A stretch of 47,489 bases of DNA from a virus (Duplodnaviria > Heunggongvirae > Uroviricota > Caudoviricetes), in the IMG/VR virus record IMGVR_UViG_2671180547_000013. One strand, 5' to 3'. Positions 1 through 10,236 of this stretch are shown here, piece after piece (the stretch's first letter is position 1; every line of letters begins with the position of its first letter). The notes beneath the pieces are model-generated. The model was not told the DNA's origin. It ran no database searches and worked only from the letters and a program-made list of their open reading frames with translations. The position numbers and the translations under genes were made by a program.

Positions 1-1236
1 CTACGATAACCGCGCATTCAACATGGCTACCTGTTCGTCGTTCATGTCATCAATCCACATACCGTAAATTTCATACACCATCTGCGCAGTTTCATGCCCC
101 ATCTGGCTGGCTATAAACGCCGGGTTCGCTCCTGCCGTCAACAGCCAGCAGGCAAAAGTATGCCGCGTATGGTACGGATTACGGCGGCGAATACCAGCAC
201 GTTTTACTGCTGCATTCCATCTCGCACCCAAACTGCTTACCGAGTAATAAGGTTTCTGTTTTCCGTTACACACTCTGGGCATGAAAACAAAATGCAGTTT
301 TTGCTTTTCGGTTCTGCCGTACTCCCGATGATAAAAAGTGATTTCGCTTTTGCGATGATGCCCGGTCAGTTTGTATTGCTCCTTCAGTGCTTCAAGAGCA
401 GGCTGCAGTAGTGTTACCGTCCGGATCCCCGCATTTGTTTTTGGGGGACCGAACATATCCAGTATCGTCAGGTTTCTTCTGACATTCACAACTCCCTTCT
501 CGAAATCCACATCCTCCCACGCCAGAGCAGCCAGTTCCCCGTGACGAAGCCCGGAGTATACGGCAAATTTCCACAAGTTCTGGCTCTGTCCTTTTTCACT
601 TTCCATTAATGCATTGAATTCTGTTTTAGATAACGGGTCAGGCTTTATTCTGTTTCTCTGTAATTTCTTTACTCCTTCAAATGGTTTGGTTGATATAAAT
701 CCCGACTGATACGCAAAACGTAACAACGAACAGAGCAGGGCGATATAGTTATCAACTGTGCGCACGGTTCTTCCTTTTTTGTTGGATCTTGGATTATCCA
801 GGTAAAGCGTTTCTCCATGCAGCAGTTCATTCCGGTAGTTTAAGATATCGCTATAACGAATATGCGATATCGGAGTACTCTCACAAATTATTATCCTGAG
901 TGTTTTTAATTGTGATTTCGTTTTCTTCATTGTGTTTGTTGTTAACTCTGTTTCTTTAATTTTTGTCCAGATATCACAAAGCTCCCCGAACGTTTTTATG
1001 ACCCTCGTTGTCACCATTTTTGCCCCAGTGCTGGACTGGGGAAAACGTCTTAAATACTCAAACTCACCGGAATTGATTTCATGAACTATCAACGCTCTTA
1101 AATTCCCGGCTTTTTTAATGTTACTGTTAGTAACCTCCCAGCCTTTCAATGTTTCCCGACATCGTTTTCCTCGAAACATGAACCAGATGCGAATGTATTT
1201 ACCTCGAATCTCGACACCTGTTGGTAATTTAGACAT
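1..1236 (-). CDS. intR: Phage integrase, tyrosine recombinase (Rac IntR-like), 411 aa
   Basis: Full ORF from track; C-terminal catalytic region HTRHTF...MGHETAQMVYEIY with HxxR and Tyr nucleophile; position at prophage end next to xis-like gene; stop codon is the first 3 nt of the window. Confidence 0.9.
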   Translation of the reverse strand: MSKLPTGVEIRGKYIRIWFMFRGKRCRETLKGWEVTNSNIKKAGNLRALIVHEINSGEFEYLRRFPQSSTGAKMVTTRVIKTFGELCDIWTKIKETELTTNTMKKTKSQLKTLRIIICESTPISHIRYSDILNYRNELLHGETLYLDNPRSNKKGRTVRTVDNYIALLCSLLRFAYQSGFISTKPFEGVKKLQRNRIKPDPLSKTEFNALMESEKGQSQNLWKFAVYSGLRHGELAALAWEDVDFEKGVVNVRRNLTILDMFGPPKTNAGIRTVTLLQPALEALKEQYKLTGHHRKSEITFYHREYGRTEKQKLHFVFMPRVCNGKQKPYYSVSSLGARWNAAVKRAGIRRRNPYHTRHTFACWLLTAGANPAFIASQMGHETAQMVYEIYGMWIDDMNDEQVAMLNARLS

Positions 1237-1237
1237 A

Positions 1238-1477
1238 TCATGAGTCTTTGATAAACTGATTTATCTTTGGATAGTTATACCAGATAATCCCTCGCTTACT
1301 GTCTGGCTTCCCTAAAGGAGATACTCGTTTGAAGTGGAAGCCTTCCACCCAACAGTTCTGGCGGTATGCTTCAATTTGTCTGGCCCCCAGACCAGTGCGA
1401 AGCATCAGGCCGTATTCAACCATCCACTCTTCATTAAAGATTACTTGTGCCATCGCATCACCTCTGGCAGGCGCCAA
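1238..1477 (-). CDS. Excisionase-like small DNA-binding protein (start may be internal ATG at 1453)
   Basis: 79-aa ORF immediately upstream of int on the same strand; size and position typical of Xis (YdaQ position in Rac). Confidence 0.6.
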   Translation of the reverse strand: MAPARGDAMAQVIFNEEWMVEYGLMLRTGLGARQIEAYRQNCWVEGFHFKRVSPLGKPDSKRGIIWYNYPKINQFIKDS

Positions 1478-1552
1478 TGTTAGACTTAAATTGACGCCCG
1501 ATGTTGATTATTAATAATCAGCTATGAAGTTTTAATTTGAATACAATGCAAT

Positions 1553-1813
1553 TCACGAGGACTGAAGTTTCTCGCAATTAAAATTTATCAGTTTTACTTT
1601 CTGCTCTCTGGAAACGCCTGCTTCTTTTTTACCTGAGAGCATTTTTTCGCATTCTGATTTCGTTAGTTTAGATTTTGAATATCTTGTCCAGTTAGTAGGA
1701 GTGCCACCTTCCTTTTCAATAGTGGCGGTAATTTTATACATGAACACCTCCATTATTATTTCCAGTGGTTCGTTTATTTCATCGTTCGAGTGCTTCTTTT
1801 TCACTTCCACCAT
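1553..1813 (-). CDS. Small hypothetical protein (YdaC-position)
   Basis: 86-aa ORF from track between xis-like gene and ralR; no recognisable motif. Confidence 0.4.
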   Translation of the reverse strand: MVEVKKKHSNDEINEPLEIIMEVFMYKITATIEKEGGTPTNWTRYSKSKLTKSECEKMLSGKKEAGVSREQKVKLINFNCEKLQSS

Positions 1814-1940
1814 AACCGGTTCGGGATTCGCATCCGTTACACTTCGCTCGGTAATATCCTGAAATGGCTTTCACCGTTACTGATGGACAACCACAAAATG
1901 GACATGGTTTAACATTGTCATATCTCATAATTTTTCTCAT
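1779..1940 (-). CDS. ralR: RalR-like restriction-alleviation / DNase toxin small protein (53 aa; alternative start 1928)
   Basis: Hand translation of minus strand: MRKIMRYDNVKPCPFCGCPSVTVKAISGYYRAKCNGCESRTGYGGSEKEALER; Cys-rich zinc-ribbon-like; below the 60-aa cutoff of the ORF track; sits immediately upstream of recT as in Rac. Confidence 0.7.
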   Translation of the reverse strand: MRKIMRYDNVKPCPFCGCPSVTVKAISGYYRAKCNGCESRTGYGGSEKEALER

Positions 1941-1983
1941 AAAAATATTTCAAGTTGGCGGTGCATTACACCGCCAGGCTGAA

Positions 1984-2793
1984 TTATTCCTCTGAATTAT
2001 CGATTACACTGTATTCCCCGGTTAATACAGAGGAATCTGCAGGATCGATTGTCAGTGGTTCCTTTTCATCCATTGATACTGCACGCTGGATCTCAATTGA
2101 TACGGGCAGATATTTGAACAGGCGACGAATAGCCGTTTTCTTTGCCATTTCTTCCCAGTGAGTTACCCACGGCCCGTTATTACCAGCTTTACTCTGGCTG
2201 CGCACCAGCTCAATCTGTTTGCGCGTCATAACTTCAAACTGAGTACCTCCGTCTTTCAGTCTTGCGACAGCATAGACGTGGGTAACAGGGGCATCTTCGT
2301 TTTCTCCTGGGCGGTGTATTAACTTTTCATCAAGGCCAAATTCGAAATTAAACTCGTCACCTTCACGGACAACACGGGCTGACAGGCTGGCGATTTGACC
2401 TGAACGGCGAGCCAGATCAATCATGCCGCGATAGCCAATGATTAGCTGAACGTTTTTTTTACCGCTCTTTTCGTTTTTATTACCAAAAGGCAGTAAATAT
2501 GCATGACCGAGGGCGCTACCGGGCTCAAGTCCGAGCTGTGAACACTGTACGATTGCACTGACAAAACTCATAGTGTCACAGTTTCCTAACGCCGGAACTT
2601 TACGAATTTCTGTGGTGGCGATACGGATCATACGTTCAGCCGTCATATGGCGTGGAAGAGCTGCTGCCAGTTGCTCTTTCATTGATGGCTGGTTAATAAA
2701 ACTAATCACGTCGTTATTTTTAATTGCTGCTGGTGCACGGTTTCCCTGAGTTTTTTGCAGATCGGCTTTTGCGATTGGTGGTTGCTTAGTCAT
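1984..2793 (-). CDS. recT: RecT single-strand annealing recombinase (269 aa from [13 protein letters not shown])
   Basis: Translation matches RecT as recalled from E. coli Rac; start overlaps recE stop (ATG rc at 2791-2793). Confidence 0.9.
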   Translation of the reverse strand: MTKQPPIAKADLQKTQGNRAPAAIKNNDVISFINQPSMKEQLAAALPRHMTAERMIRIATTEIRKVPALGNCDTMSFVSAIVQCSQLGLEPGSALGHAYLLPFGNKNEKSGKKNVQLIIGYRGMIDLARRSGQIASLSARVVREGDEFNFEFGLDEKLIHRPGENEDAPVTHVYAVARLKDGGTQFEVMTRKQIELVRSQSKAGNNGPWVTHWEEMAKKTAIRRLFKYLPVSIEIQRAVSMDEKEPLTIDPADSSVLTGEYSVIDNSEE

Positions 2794-5386
2794 TTGCATA
2801 TTCCTTAGCCCAGCGGGGCAGTGATAACGTCTTAATAGCTGGCCATTCATCGGTATTGAGGCAGTCAGCCAGGGTTCGCAGATTGCGGTGATATTCCAGC
2901 TGACCTGCCAGTTTTGCTTCTTCGCCCATCATGAAAATTTCAACCGGATAACGTCCGCATTCAATAGTTGTGCTGGCAACCAGAAAAACGAAAGTTGGCT
3001 GCACTCCAAACTGTGCTTCATAACCGTCACTGTAGAATGCATCCTGAACGTGATAGCGGTAGTCGTAATAAGCGGTTTTGAATCGTTGAATATCCGCCGT
3101 AGTTTTCACGTCCATGATCCAGTGAAATTCAGGGATAATTTTGTCCGGACGGCACCGACACAAAATTGCTGTTTCAGGATCTTCCCAGTAAATTGATGAT
3201 TCAGCGTGTCCGGCGCTTTCAACAAGCCATTGCCCCAGCGGCAAAGCCATAACGCTCTGATACATGAGTTCAATTTTCCGGCCTTCTTCGGCAGTGATAA
3301 CCGTTTTTCCTGTGCTTGCGCATTCCCTCAGAAACGCTTTCTCTTCTTCTTTTCCGGAGTTTGTCCGGCGGTTAAATTCAGGTGCTACGATAAAGCGGTT
3401 ACTGAATTCTTCCGGCTCAAGTACCCGGCAGTGGAAAGCGGTTCCTAAATCGAGCGTTTTTGTCTTTGTGGTGTCCACGGGGGCATTTTTACGCCACAAA
3501 TACAGTGCCGGAGTATCAGCAATGTCATCGAGCTGAGACTTACTGACACCGGGACCCGCGTGGTAATTCTCATTCGAAATTCCGTAATAAATACCTGGCT
3601 CTATGTCTTCTACGATTACGGGATCTGCGACTTCGCCAGTTTCATCACTGCAATCGCGATGCGGATCGCTGCCAGCATTCTCATTGTGCGGATGTTCAGC
3701 GCCTTCCATTTCCTCCGGATCATTTTCCTTAGCTTCAACCTGACTCTCTTCATCGAATGTTTCCTGGTATGTTGCGTCGCCCATCACCGCACCACAGTCA
3801 GGGCAGTTATCCCCGCCAGTCTGGCCGCAGGCATTGCAGGCTATTTCCGGTTCCTGTTGCACTACTGGCTCAGGTTGATTCATATCCGGGCTGGTTTTTT
3901 CCGTTTCTGGCTGGTTCTGGTACACACAATCGCGAGTCTGGATCCCCTTTACCCATTTCGGATCGTTCGGGTCGCTAATTCCGTCAACAAATTCACCACG
4001 TGATGCAGCAAGCAATTTATCGGCATCGACAGGATTTTTTGATGGAATGTTTTTCCGGGCTTCATGGAGTTCTGCCCGCAGTTCCTGATATTTCGCATCA
4101 ACAGAATTTACCTGTGACTGAGCATCCAGCGGCTGCGTGTCCTGATGATGTTCAGTTGCGTCCGGTTCCATTGTTTCAGCCTCTCCCTGTTCAACTGCCG
4201 TTGTTCCAGATGGTTGCGGTTTTTCTTCATCATCCTGTTTTCCTTCTTCTGTTACTCGCTGCGGCATCGGGGCAGAGGAGCGACCGCAGGCAATATCCAC
4301 GATTTCCGGATCAGGGTTGGCATGATCGGTTTCAGTCAGTACTTTGTTCAGATATTCAGTGACGTGCGCGGGGATGACCTCGATCCCAATTGGTGCTTCT
4401 TTTACGGACGCAACCACGATGGCGCGGGAATAATCCAGCCCGCCAGGCATGGTGATGAATTTGTCGCGGAAAACAGAAAAGGGCGGTTTATTTTCAGCGA
4501 TAATTTCCTCAATGCGTTTAGCGTGTGCCGGATGAAGGTTATAGATGTCCAGATCCATTGAACGGGCCAGTACGCCAGTGGCTACGTCCCGCGCCAGTGA
4601 CGTCAGATCGTGTACGAAACCTTCGCCGCGATCGGTGAGGTTTCCGCCGCCAGCATTAGCACCGGAAGCCGTGCGAGTGATGTGTGAAACACGATTACCC
4701 TTCATCCACTCTTTTGTCAGCAGTCCTCGATCGGTGTAGTCAGCGTTCAGGTATGCTTCGAAAAAAGCAGTTATCAGTCCCAGGTTTGAATTACCAGGAT
4801 TAGGGAAAACTTTGTCAGTGTCACGAACCAGTTTGTGGAGTTCGCGAATTTCCAGCGGGTCGAGCAGGCTGGTTTTGTGGGAAACAGCCAGGGCAGTAAC
4901 AGCCGGTAGTTCTTCAGCCCGAGCAATGTGTAATGCCTGGAGTCCGTCGCGTGAAACGTGCGTTACCGGTTTTTCGCTGCCGTGTTGAGCAAGCCAACGA
5001 ATGGGCAGTTCCTGGCCAGAAATTGGGAGTAGCATATTCTCCTCAATCTCAGGCATGTCTTCGCCGTTGACGTTGGTATTGCCTTGATAGTGAGCGTTGT
5101 CTGGTGCTGCTCCCGGTTTTAGTTCCCATGTCATGGAGTCTTTGCTGAGTTGATAGCGTTCACTCCAGGTAAAATCGATCTCACCTTCAGCGGGCAGGTC
5201 ATTAACGACAGGAAAATTCGTGGCAACAGCTTTAAAATAGCTGCTCAGTTTTTTACCTGACTTAACGATCAGGTAGTCCAGAGTGGCACAGGTCGATTCA
5301 AAATCGTTGCTTGCCCACAGGACGACGTCAGGTTCACCGGATGATTTTTTCGCTTTCCGTAACAGGAAGAGTGGTTTTGTGCTCAT
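2786..5386 (-). CDS. recE: RecE exonuclease VIII, 866 aa
   Basis: 866-aa ORF directly upstream of and overlapping recT; length and sequence consistent with Rac RecE. Confidence 0.9.
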   Translation of the reverse strand: MSTKPLFLLRKAKKSSGEPDVVLWASNDFESTCATLDYLIVKSGKKLSSYFKAVATNFPVVNDLPAEGEIDFTWSERYQLSKDSMTWELKPGAAPDNAHYQGNTNVNGEDMPEIEENMLLPISGQELPIRWLAQHGSEKPVTHVSRDGLQALHIARAEELPAVTALAVSHKTSLLDPLEIRELHKLVRDTDKVFPNPGNSNLGLITAFFEAYLNADYTDRGLLTKEWMKGNRVSHITRTASGANAGGGNLTDRGEGFVHDLTSLARDVATGVLARSMDLDIYNLHPAHAKRIEEIIAENKPPFSVFRDKFITMPGGLDYSRAIVVASVKEAPIGIEVIPAHVTEYLNKVLTETDHANPDPEIVDIACGRSSAPMPQRVTEEGKQDDEEKPQPSGTTAVEQGEAETMEPDATEHHQDTQPLDAQSQVNSVDAKYQELRAELHEARKNIPSKNPVDADKLLAASRGEFVDGISDPNDPKWVKGIQTRDCVYQNQPETEKTSPDMNQPEPVVQQEPEIACNACGQTGGDNCPDCGAVMGDATYQETFDEESQVEAKENDPEEMEGAEHPHNENAGSDPHRDCSDETGEVADPVIVEDIEPGIYYGISNENYHAGPGVSKSQLDDIADTPALYLWRKNAPVDTTKTKTLDLGTAFHCRVLEPEEFSNRFIVAPEFNRRTNSGKEEEKAFLRECASTGKTVITAEEGRKIELMYQSVMALPLGQWLVESAGHAESSIYWEDPETAILCRCRPDKIIPEFHWIMDVKTTADIQRFKTAYYDYRYHVQDAFYSDGYEAQFGVQPTFVFLVASTTIECGRYPVEIFMMGEEAKLAGQLEYHRNLRTLADCLNTDEWPAIKTLSLPRWAKEYAND

Positions 5387-5487
5387 TGTTTTTTAACCTC
5401 AACTCAGATTAAAATTCGTTTTGTTCAGTGAATGATCTTGCCGGATACACACTGTTCATAGCCTGCGCCATACGCAGGCTATTTCTT

Positions 5488-5763
5488 TCAGATTTCACCT
5501 TTTAATTTCATTGCAATTAGAGTTGCCAGAAATTCGGCTTTTTTTTCTGCGGGCAGATTCTTTCCGATATGCACCAGGCACATTTTTTTGACACCTTCAT
5601 CAAGTGTTTTTACGTTGCCTGATGGACCATCGATATCAACCACAGTGAATGGGGTTTCTTTATTTTCTGTTTTAATTACGTAGCCAATGCGCTTTCCTTC
5701 CAGATTCACCTCGTGAACAATGTCATCGGTAGTTACAACAGTGGCTTCATAATTGGTAATCAT
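5488..5763 (-). CDS. racC: RacC-like small protein (91 aa from MITNYEATVV)
   Basis: ORF from track; internal ATG at 5763 preceded by GGAGAA; synteny after recE. Confidence 0.7.
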   Translation of the reverse strand: MITNYEATVVTTDDIVHEVNLEGKRIGYVIKTENKETPFTVVDIDGPSGNVKTLDEGVKKMCLVHIGKNLPAEKKAEFLATLIAMKLKGEI

Positions 5764-5837
5764 GTTTTTCTCCTTAATTAAGGTTGAGCGAATACCTGCC
5801 ATTTCTGGCATAAATTCAGTTTCGAATAGTCAATTAA

Positions 5838-6008
5838 TTAAAGTTCATGTGCCATCTGGTCTTTTTCGGCACAAGCTTCACTGCAATATTTTCTCGGTTC
5901 GTCTTTTGATAAAATCCCGTGCATGAAGTGAAGCATTCTTTCAATAGCTTTGCTTTCTTCAACGTCTTTTTTGCAAAGGTGGTAAGCACATTTTATTTTC
6001 TTAGTCAT
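5838..6008 (-). CDS. ydaE: YdaE-like Cys-rich small protein (56 aa)
   Basis: Hand translation: [56 protein letters not shown]; start overlaps kilR stop (TGATG); below ORF-track cutoff. Confidence 0.65.
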   Translation of the reverse strand: MTKKIKCAYHLCKKDVEESKAIERMLHFMHGILSKDEPRKYCSEACAEKDQMAHEL

Positions 6009-6229
6009 CACCATGACTCCGCCTTTACAGGTAAACCATCACGACCGAGGAAGACTTTAATCATGCGGTCAGTAATGCATGTTTTTGTGGTCAGGTTACG
6101 AATATATAGTTTTCGCTTTTTAATATTGTTTGCCGAGGCAATATATGTCCGGCCTTCATGAAGAACATAATCGCCAGGAGTCACACACTGACGTGGTATT
6201 TCATCAGTTCCGAAGTGATGTGCAATCAT
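6008..6229 (-). CDS. kilR: KilR-like cell-division (FtsZ) inhibitor, 73 aa
   Basis: ORF from track, start at [10 protein letters not shown] with GGAGA Shine-Dalgarno 5 nt upstream; synteny between ydaE and sieB. Confidence 0.75.
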   Translation of the reverse strand: MIAHHFGTDEIPRQCVTPGDYVLHEGRTYIASANNIKKRKLYIRNLTTKTCITDRMIKVFLGRDGLPVKAESW

Positions 6230-6670
6230 AATTATCTCCATTTTTACAAATGAACTTTGTTGATGCGGTGCCTGGTGCCTCCAGGTGACTGCAACCAGTT
6301 AACAATTACAGTCGGCTTTCCCACCCAAACCAATAAGGACTAACATGACTTTTAACTGTGCCACGTGCGCTTAGCCGCATTCACCGCATCACAAAATTCA
6401 CTTTAAAAAGGGCGGACATCAGCCGAACTTCAAGAAAAAAACTGATGCCGCCAGGACTACACACAGCAATGTCGTTATTTACAACCGGAGGCGCACTCCC
6501 ACCATTTAAATTTAACAGACAAGACCGACTCTTTATGGATATCGGAAATGCGCCTTCGTGTTGTGCCCGGTTTTATTTCACCACCTCCGGGCTTCGGTGG
6601 TCTCGGCTATACCCCTACAGCGAGAGCTTGTGTTAACATTTCAATACCCTTACAGTTGAGAGTTATTGAT

Positions 6671-7159
6671 ATGTTGGATGTATTTACTCCATTGTTGAAA
6701 CTTTTTGCTAACGAGCCACTCGAAATACTTATGTATACGATTATCATTTTTGGTCTCACTCTCTGGCTGATACCGAAAGAGTTTACTGTCGCATTCAATG
6801 CTTATACTGAAATACCTTGGCTCTTTCAGATTATCGTTTTTGCCTTTTCTTTCGTGGTCGCCATTTCCTTCTCAAGATTGCGAGCACATATTCAAAAGCA
6901 TTATTCATTACTACCAGAGCAACGAGTATTGCTTCGTTTATCTGAGAAAGAAATCGCTGTATTTAAAGATTTCCTTAAAACAGGAAATCTTATTATCACT
7001 TCTCCTTGCCGTAACCCGGTTATGAAAAAATTAGAACGGAAGGGCATCATTCAACATCAGAGTGATAGCGCAAACTGTTCTTATTATCTCGTCACCGAAA
7101 AATACTCCCATTTTATGAAGTTATTCTGGAACAGCAGGAGTAGACGTTTTAATCGTTAG
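6671..7159 (+). CDS. sieB: SieB superinfection exclusion protein (162 aa from MLDVFTPLL)
   Basis: Hydrophobic N-terminal segments (IIIFGLTLWLIP, FQIIVFAFSFVVAI); matches SieB as recalled; ATG at 6671. Confidence 0.8.
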   Translation: MLDVFTPLLKLFANEPLEILMYTIIIFGLTLWLIPKEFTVAFNAYTEIPWLFQIIVFAFSFVVAISFSRLRAHIQKHYSLLPEQRVLLRLSEKEIAVFKDFLKTGNLIITSPCRNPVMKKLERKGIIQHQSDSANCSYYLVTEKYSHFMKLFWNSRSRRFNR

Positions 7160-7311
7160 CTTACTGTGTGCTTCTCCAACCATCGGCGCGCACCAGTTTC
7201 GGTTTTAAATGTTTTGCTTTTGGTATACGTCATGGCAGTGAACGTTCCATCCTGGTTGGGGAACACGCCGCACACCAGGGATTCGTTGTTGCCGAGGTCG
7301 ATTTTTTGCAT
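7156..7311 (-). CDS. ydaG: YdaG-like small protein (51 aa)
   Basis: Hand translation: MQKIDLGNNESLVCGVFPNQDGTFTAMTYTKSKTFKTETGARRWLEKHTVS; not in ORF track (under 60 aa); overlaps sieB stop by 4 nt. Confidence 0.5.
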   Translation of the reverse strand: MQKIDLGNNESLVCGVFPNQDGTFTAMTYTKSKTFKTETGARRWLEKHTVS

Positions 7312-7321
7312 TTTGCGAATC

Positions 7322-7456
7322 TCACATCTTGTTGCTGTGTATAGCGACTTCTGCCTGCCAGAGATCCCAGTCGTTGCTGCGTAAAGCCTGCACAGCCTGG
7401 TTGTAAGTGATACCGCAACAATCCATCAAATACTGAACTACTTCGTAATGCACCAT
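7322..7456 (-). CDS. ydaF: YdaF-like small protein (44 aa from MVHYEVVQYL)
   Basis: Part of 60-aa track ORF 7322..7504; internal ATG at 7456. Confidence 0.45.
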   Translation of the reverse strand: MVHYEVVQYLMDCCGITYNQAVQALRSNDWDLWQAEVAIHSNKM

Positions 7457-7624
7457 CTTATCTCTCCCCTTAACGCCGGGTGGCGGAACTGAAACCTGCT
7501 GCACTGCAAAATCTGAACCCTGCCGTCATGTTCATACGCCTCGGGCTGGCTACTTAACCCCTGACCACTGCCTGGTAACTCGAAGTATTGCCCTGCGTTC
7601 TGTGGGGCGGGGTGGGTTGGTAGG

Positions 7625-7675
7625 TATATAATGTACTTTGTGTTCATTGATGTAAAGTACTATAAGTACATTTTG
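7625..7675. promoter_or_regulatory. Putative left operator/promoter (OL/PL-like) with ATGTACT-type half sites
   Basis: ATGTACT at 7631-7637, AAGTACT at 7655-7661, AGTACAT (reverse complement of ATGTACT) at 7665-7671; TATATAAT at 7625-7632; same heptamer recurs in the repressor/cro intergenic region. Confidence 0.4.
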
Positions 7676-7746
7676 TGTGTAAAAAAATGAGATGGGATAA
7701 AGTGAAGCACAAACCCGGAGGGGGACGCTACCGGATTTATGCTGGT

Positions 7747-8166
7747 TTAAGAGGCTTTTTGTTTTTTCTTTCGTGCTAGCTCTTCGTAAATTGCATTGTA
7801 CTTCTGTTTTTTCTCCTCAAGAGTTTTTAAAAGTTCATCTGTCTCACTGTCAGGGAGCTCGTCCAGAAGGTCAATGATGATTTTTTGTCTTGGATTTAAC
7901 TCCTGATAGAAACGTACCTGTCCACTTTCTTCTGTATCCTCTCCCAAAAGATAGGTTGGTGTTGTTCCAATGAGTGTTGCTAATTCCCTTAATTTCTCTC
8001 GGCGAGGAATTGTTTCGCCATTAAACCATTTGCTAACCGCTTTTGGTGTTAATTTCATTCGACGGGCAATTTCTGCCTGCCTTCCATGTTGTTCATAACC
8101 AGCGTTTTCACAGGCTAGCGCAAGCCTACTGGCGAACTCTTTACGCGCTTTATCTTCATGAACCAT
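7747..8166 (-). CDS. Prophage repressor, XRE-family HTH (CI/RacR-position); start could be GTG at 8184
   Basis: HTH segment GRQAEIARRMKLTPKAVSKWFNGETIPRREKLRELATL; divergent from Cro-like gene; flanked by operator-like repeats. Confidence 0.75.
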   Translation of the reverse strand: MVHEDKARKEFASRLALACENAGYEQHGRQAEIARRMKLTPKAVSKWFNGETIPRREKLRELATLIGTTPTYLLGEDTEESGQVRFYQELNPRQKIIIDLLDELPDSETDELLKTLEEKKQKYNAIYEELARKKKQKAS

Positions 8167-8245
8167 AAGTTCAATGATATTCACTCTTGAATGTACTGTC
8201 AGTTCTGTTATAGCATGTACTCAAAGTTCACATTGTGAGGGTGAT
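8167..8245. promoter_or_regulatory. Putative right operator/promoter region (OR, PR/PRM-like)
   Basis: Divergent intergenic region; ATGTACT direct repeats at 8191-8197 and 8215-8221 (24 bp apart); TTGAAT ... TATAGC candidate -35/-10; GAGGGTGA Shine-Dalgarno before ATG 8246. Confidence 0.45.
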
Positions 8246-8500
8246 ATGAACCAGAAAACACTTGAAGATGTAATCAAAACTGTTCGCGTTTCTGTTGTGG
8301 CCGACGTTTGTGGTGTCAGCCAAAGAGCAATCTACAAATGGATGGATAACGGAAAATTGCCTCGCACAGAATATACCGGCGAAACAAATTACGCTGAAAA
8401 AATCGCTCATGCATCAAACGGATTATTTTCTGCTGATGTAATTTTAACTATTGGCAGAAATAAAACTACTACGAAAAAGCTGATGGGAGTTGATTCATGA
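8246..8500 (+). CDS. Cro-like small HTH regulator (YdaS-position)
   Basis: HTH segment VADVCGVSQRAIYKWMDNGKLPR; first gene rightward from the repressor; ATG 8246 with Shine-Dalgarno. Confidence 0.65.
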   Translation: MNQKTLEDVIKTVRVSVVADVCGVSQRAIYKWMDNGKLPRTEYTGETNYAEKIAHASNGLFSADVILTIGRNKTTTKKLMGVDS

Positions 8501-8919
8501 AAATCAAGCATGAGCACATCGAGTCAGTGTTGTTAGCCCTGGCAGCCGAAAAAGGGCAGGCATGGGTAGCCAATGCCATTACTGAAGAATATCTGCGCCA
8601 GGGGGGCGGCGAATTGCCCCTGGTACCAGGCAAGGACTGGAATAATCAGCAGAATATCTATCACCGTTGGTTGAAAGGTGAAACGAAAACGCAAAGAGAA
8701 AAAATTCAGAAGCTGATCCCAGCAATTCTGGCAATCCTTCCGCGCGAGCTGCGTCACCGACTCTGCATCTTCGATACCCTGGAACGCCGTGCATTACTGG
8801 CGGCGCAGGAAGCGTTAAGTACGGCAATTGATGCGCATGATGATGCAGTCCAAGCCGTTTACCGGAAAGCGCATTTCAGCGGCGGCGGGTCTTCCGACGA
8901 TTCTGTCATTGTTCATTAA
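8497..8919 (+). CDS. ydaT: YdaT-like protein (CII-position regulator/toxin family), 140 aa
   Basis: ATGA overlap with the Cro-like gene; 140 aa as recalled for Rac YdaT; synteny. Confidence 0.55.
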   Translation: MKIKHEHIESVLLALAAEKGQAWVANAITEEYLRQGGGELPLVPGKDWNNQQNIYHRWLKGETKTQREKIQKLIPAILAILPRELRHRLCIFDTLERRALLAAQEALSTAIDAHDDAVQAVYRKAHFSGGGSSDDSVIVH

Positions 8920-8931
8920 GCAAAAGTTTCC

Positions 8932-9789
8932 ATGCTGTTTGTGCTTATTCTAAGCCACCGGGCAGCATCATACGGGGCAATTATGGCCGCATTACCATAC
9001 ATGCAACTGTACATAGCTGATTACCTGGCTGACACCATGCATTTGTCAGCAGAGGAGCATGGTGCGTATTTGTTGCTGATGTTCAATTACTGGCAAACAG
9101 GAAAGCCAATACCTAAAAACAGGCTGGCAAAAATTGCCCGTCTGACTAACGAGCGATGGGCTGATGTTGAACCATCCTTGCAGGAGTTTTTTTGCGATAA
9201 CGGCGAGGAATGGGTGCATCTTCGGATTGAGGAAGATCTGGCATCAGTCAGGGAAAAATTAACCAAAAAATCAGCCGCAGGAAAAGCATCTGTTCAGGCC
9301 AGAAGAAGCAGAAAGGAAGCAGATGTTCAAACAAAACAAGAGAGAAATTTAACAGGTGTTCAAACAGATGTTGAAGTGGTGTTTGAACATGATGTCAACA
9401 CAAAGGCAACTAATAAAGATACAGATAAAGATCTAAAAACAGATCCCCCCCTAAATCCCCCCCGGGGGAATCGAGGTGTCAAAAAGTTTGACCCTCTGGA
9501 TATTGCTTTGCCGAACTGGATTTCTGTCTCGCTTTGGCGTGAGTGGGTTGAATTTCGCCAGGCATTGCGAAAACCGATTCGAACGGAGCAGGGCGCTAAC
9601 GGGGCGATACGGGAGCTGGAAAAATTCCGCCAGCAGGGTTTTTCACCTGAGCAGGTGATTCGACACAGCATCGCCAATGAATACCAGGGCTTGTTCGCGC
9701 CGAAAGGTGTTCGACCTGAGACGTTACTCCGACAGGTTAACACCGTCTCGTTACCGGATAGTGCGATCCCGCCAGGCTTCAGGGGGTAA
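8932..9789 (+). CDS. ydaU: YdaU-like replication initiation-associated protein (DUF1376-type), 285 aa
   Basis: 285-aa ORF at the replication position preceding the DnaC-like loader; length matches Rac YdaU as recalled. Confidence 0.6.
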   Translation: MLFVLILSHRAASYGAIMAALPYMQLYIADYLADTMHLSAEEHGAYLLLMFNYWQTGKPIPKNRLAKIARLTNERWADVEPSLQEFFCDNGEEWVHLRIEEDLASVREKLTKKSAAGKASVQARRSRKEADVQTKQERNLTGVQTDVEVVFEHDVNTKATNKDTDKDLKTDPPLNPPRGNRGVKKFDPLDIALPNWISVSLWREWVEFRQALRKPIRTEQGANGAIRELEKFRQQGFSPEQVIRHSIANEYQGLFAPKGVRPETLLRQVNTVSLPDSAIPPGFRG

Positions 9790-9795
9790 CTGACC

Positions 9796-10236
9796 ATGAA
9801 AAATATTGCGACAGGCGACGTTCTTGAACGTATCCGCAGACTGGCCCCGTCACATGTAACCGCGCCATTCAAGACGGTAGCGGAGTGGCGCGAGTGGCAA
9901 CTTTCCGAAGGCCAGAAACGTTGTGAGGAGATCAACCGTCAGAATCGTCAGTTGCGGGTGGAAAAAATTCTGAATCGCTCTGGCATCCAGCCATTGCACC
10001 GCAAATGCTCGTTTTCGAATTACCAGGTGCAGAACGAAGCGCAGCGATACGCGTTGAGTCAGGCGAAATCCATCGCTGATGAACTGATGACCGGGTGTAC
10101 AAATTTTGCGTTCAGCGGAAAACCTGGTACCGGGAAGAACCACTTAGCGGCAGCTATCGGGAATCGCCTGCTGAAAGACGGTCAGACAGTGATTGTGGTT
10201 ACCGTGGCTGATGTTATGAGTGCCCTGCACGCCAGC
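9796..10236 (+). CDS. ydaV: DnaC/IstB-like helicase loader ATPase, partial (C-terminus lost in N run)
   Basis: Walker A motif FSGKPGTGKNHLAAAIG; ORF runs into the N gap at 10237. Confidence 0.8.

Noticed and set aside
2888-4739. Multiple plus-strand ORFs (64-147 aa) inside recE
   Set aside because: Antisense to intact recE; no Shine-Dalgarno sequences; compositional.
6358-6636. 92-aa plus-strand ORF in the kilR-sieB intergenic region
   Set aside because: No Shine-Dalgarno, Arg/Ser-rich translation; region more likely holds the sieB promoter. A stem (ACCACC ... GGTGGT near 6580-6605) was noted but has no U-tract.
7438-7647. 69-aa minus-strand ORF between ydaF-like gene and repressor
   Set aside because: Overlaps the putative OL/PL operator region and the ydaF start; low-complexity translation; no RBS.
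8932-8982. Alternative later start (ATG 8983, MAALPYMQLY) for the YdaU-like gene
   Set aside because: Either start is possible; kept the first ATG because it lies 12 nt after the upstream stop. Not resolvable by eye.
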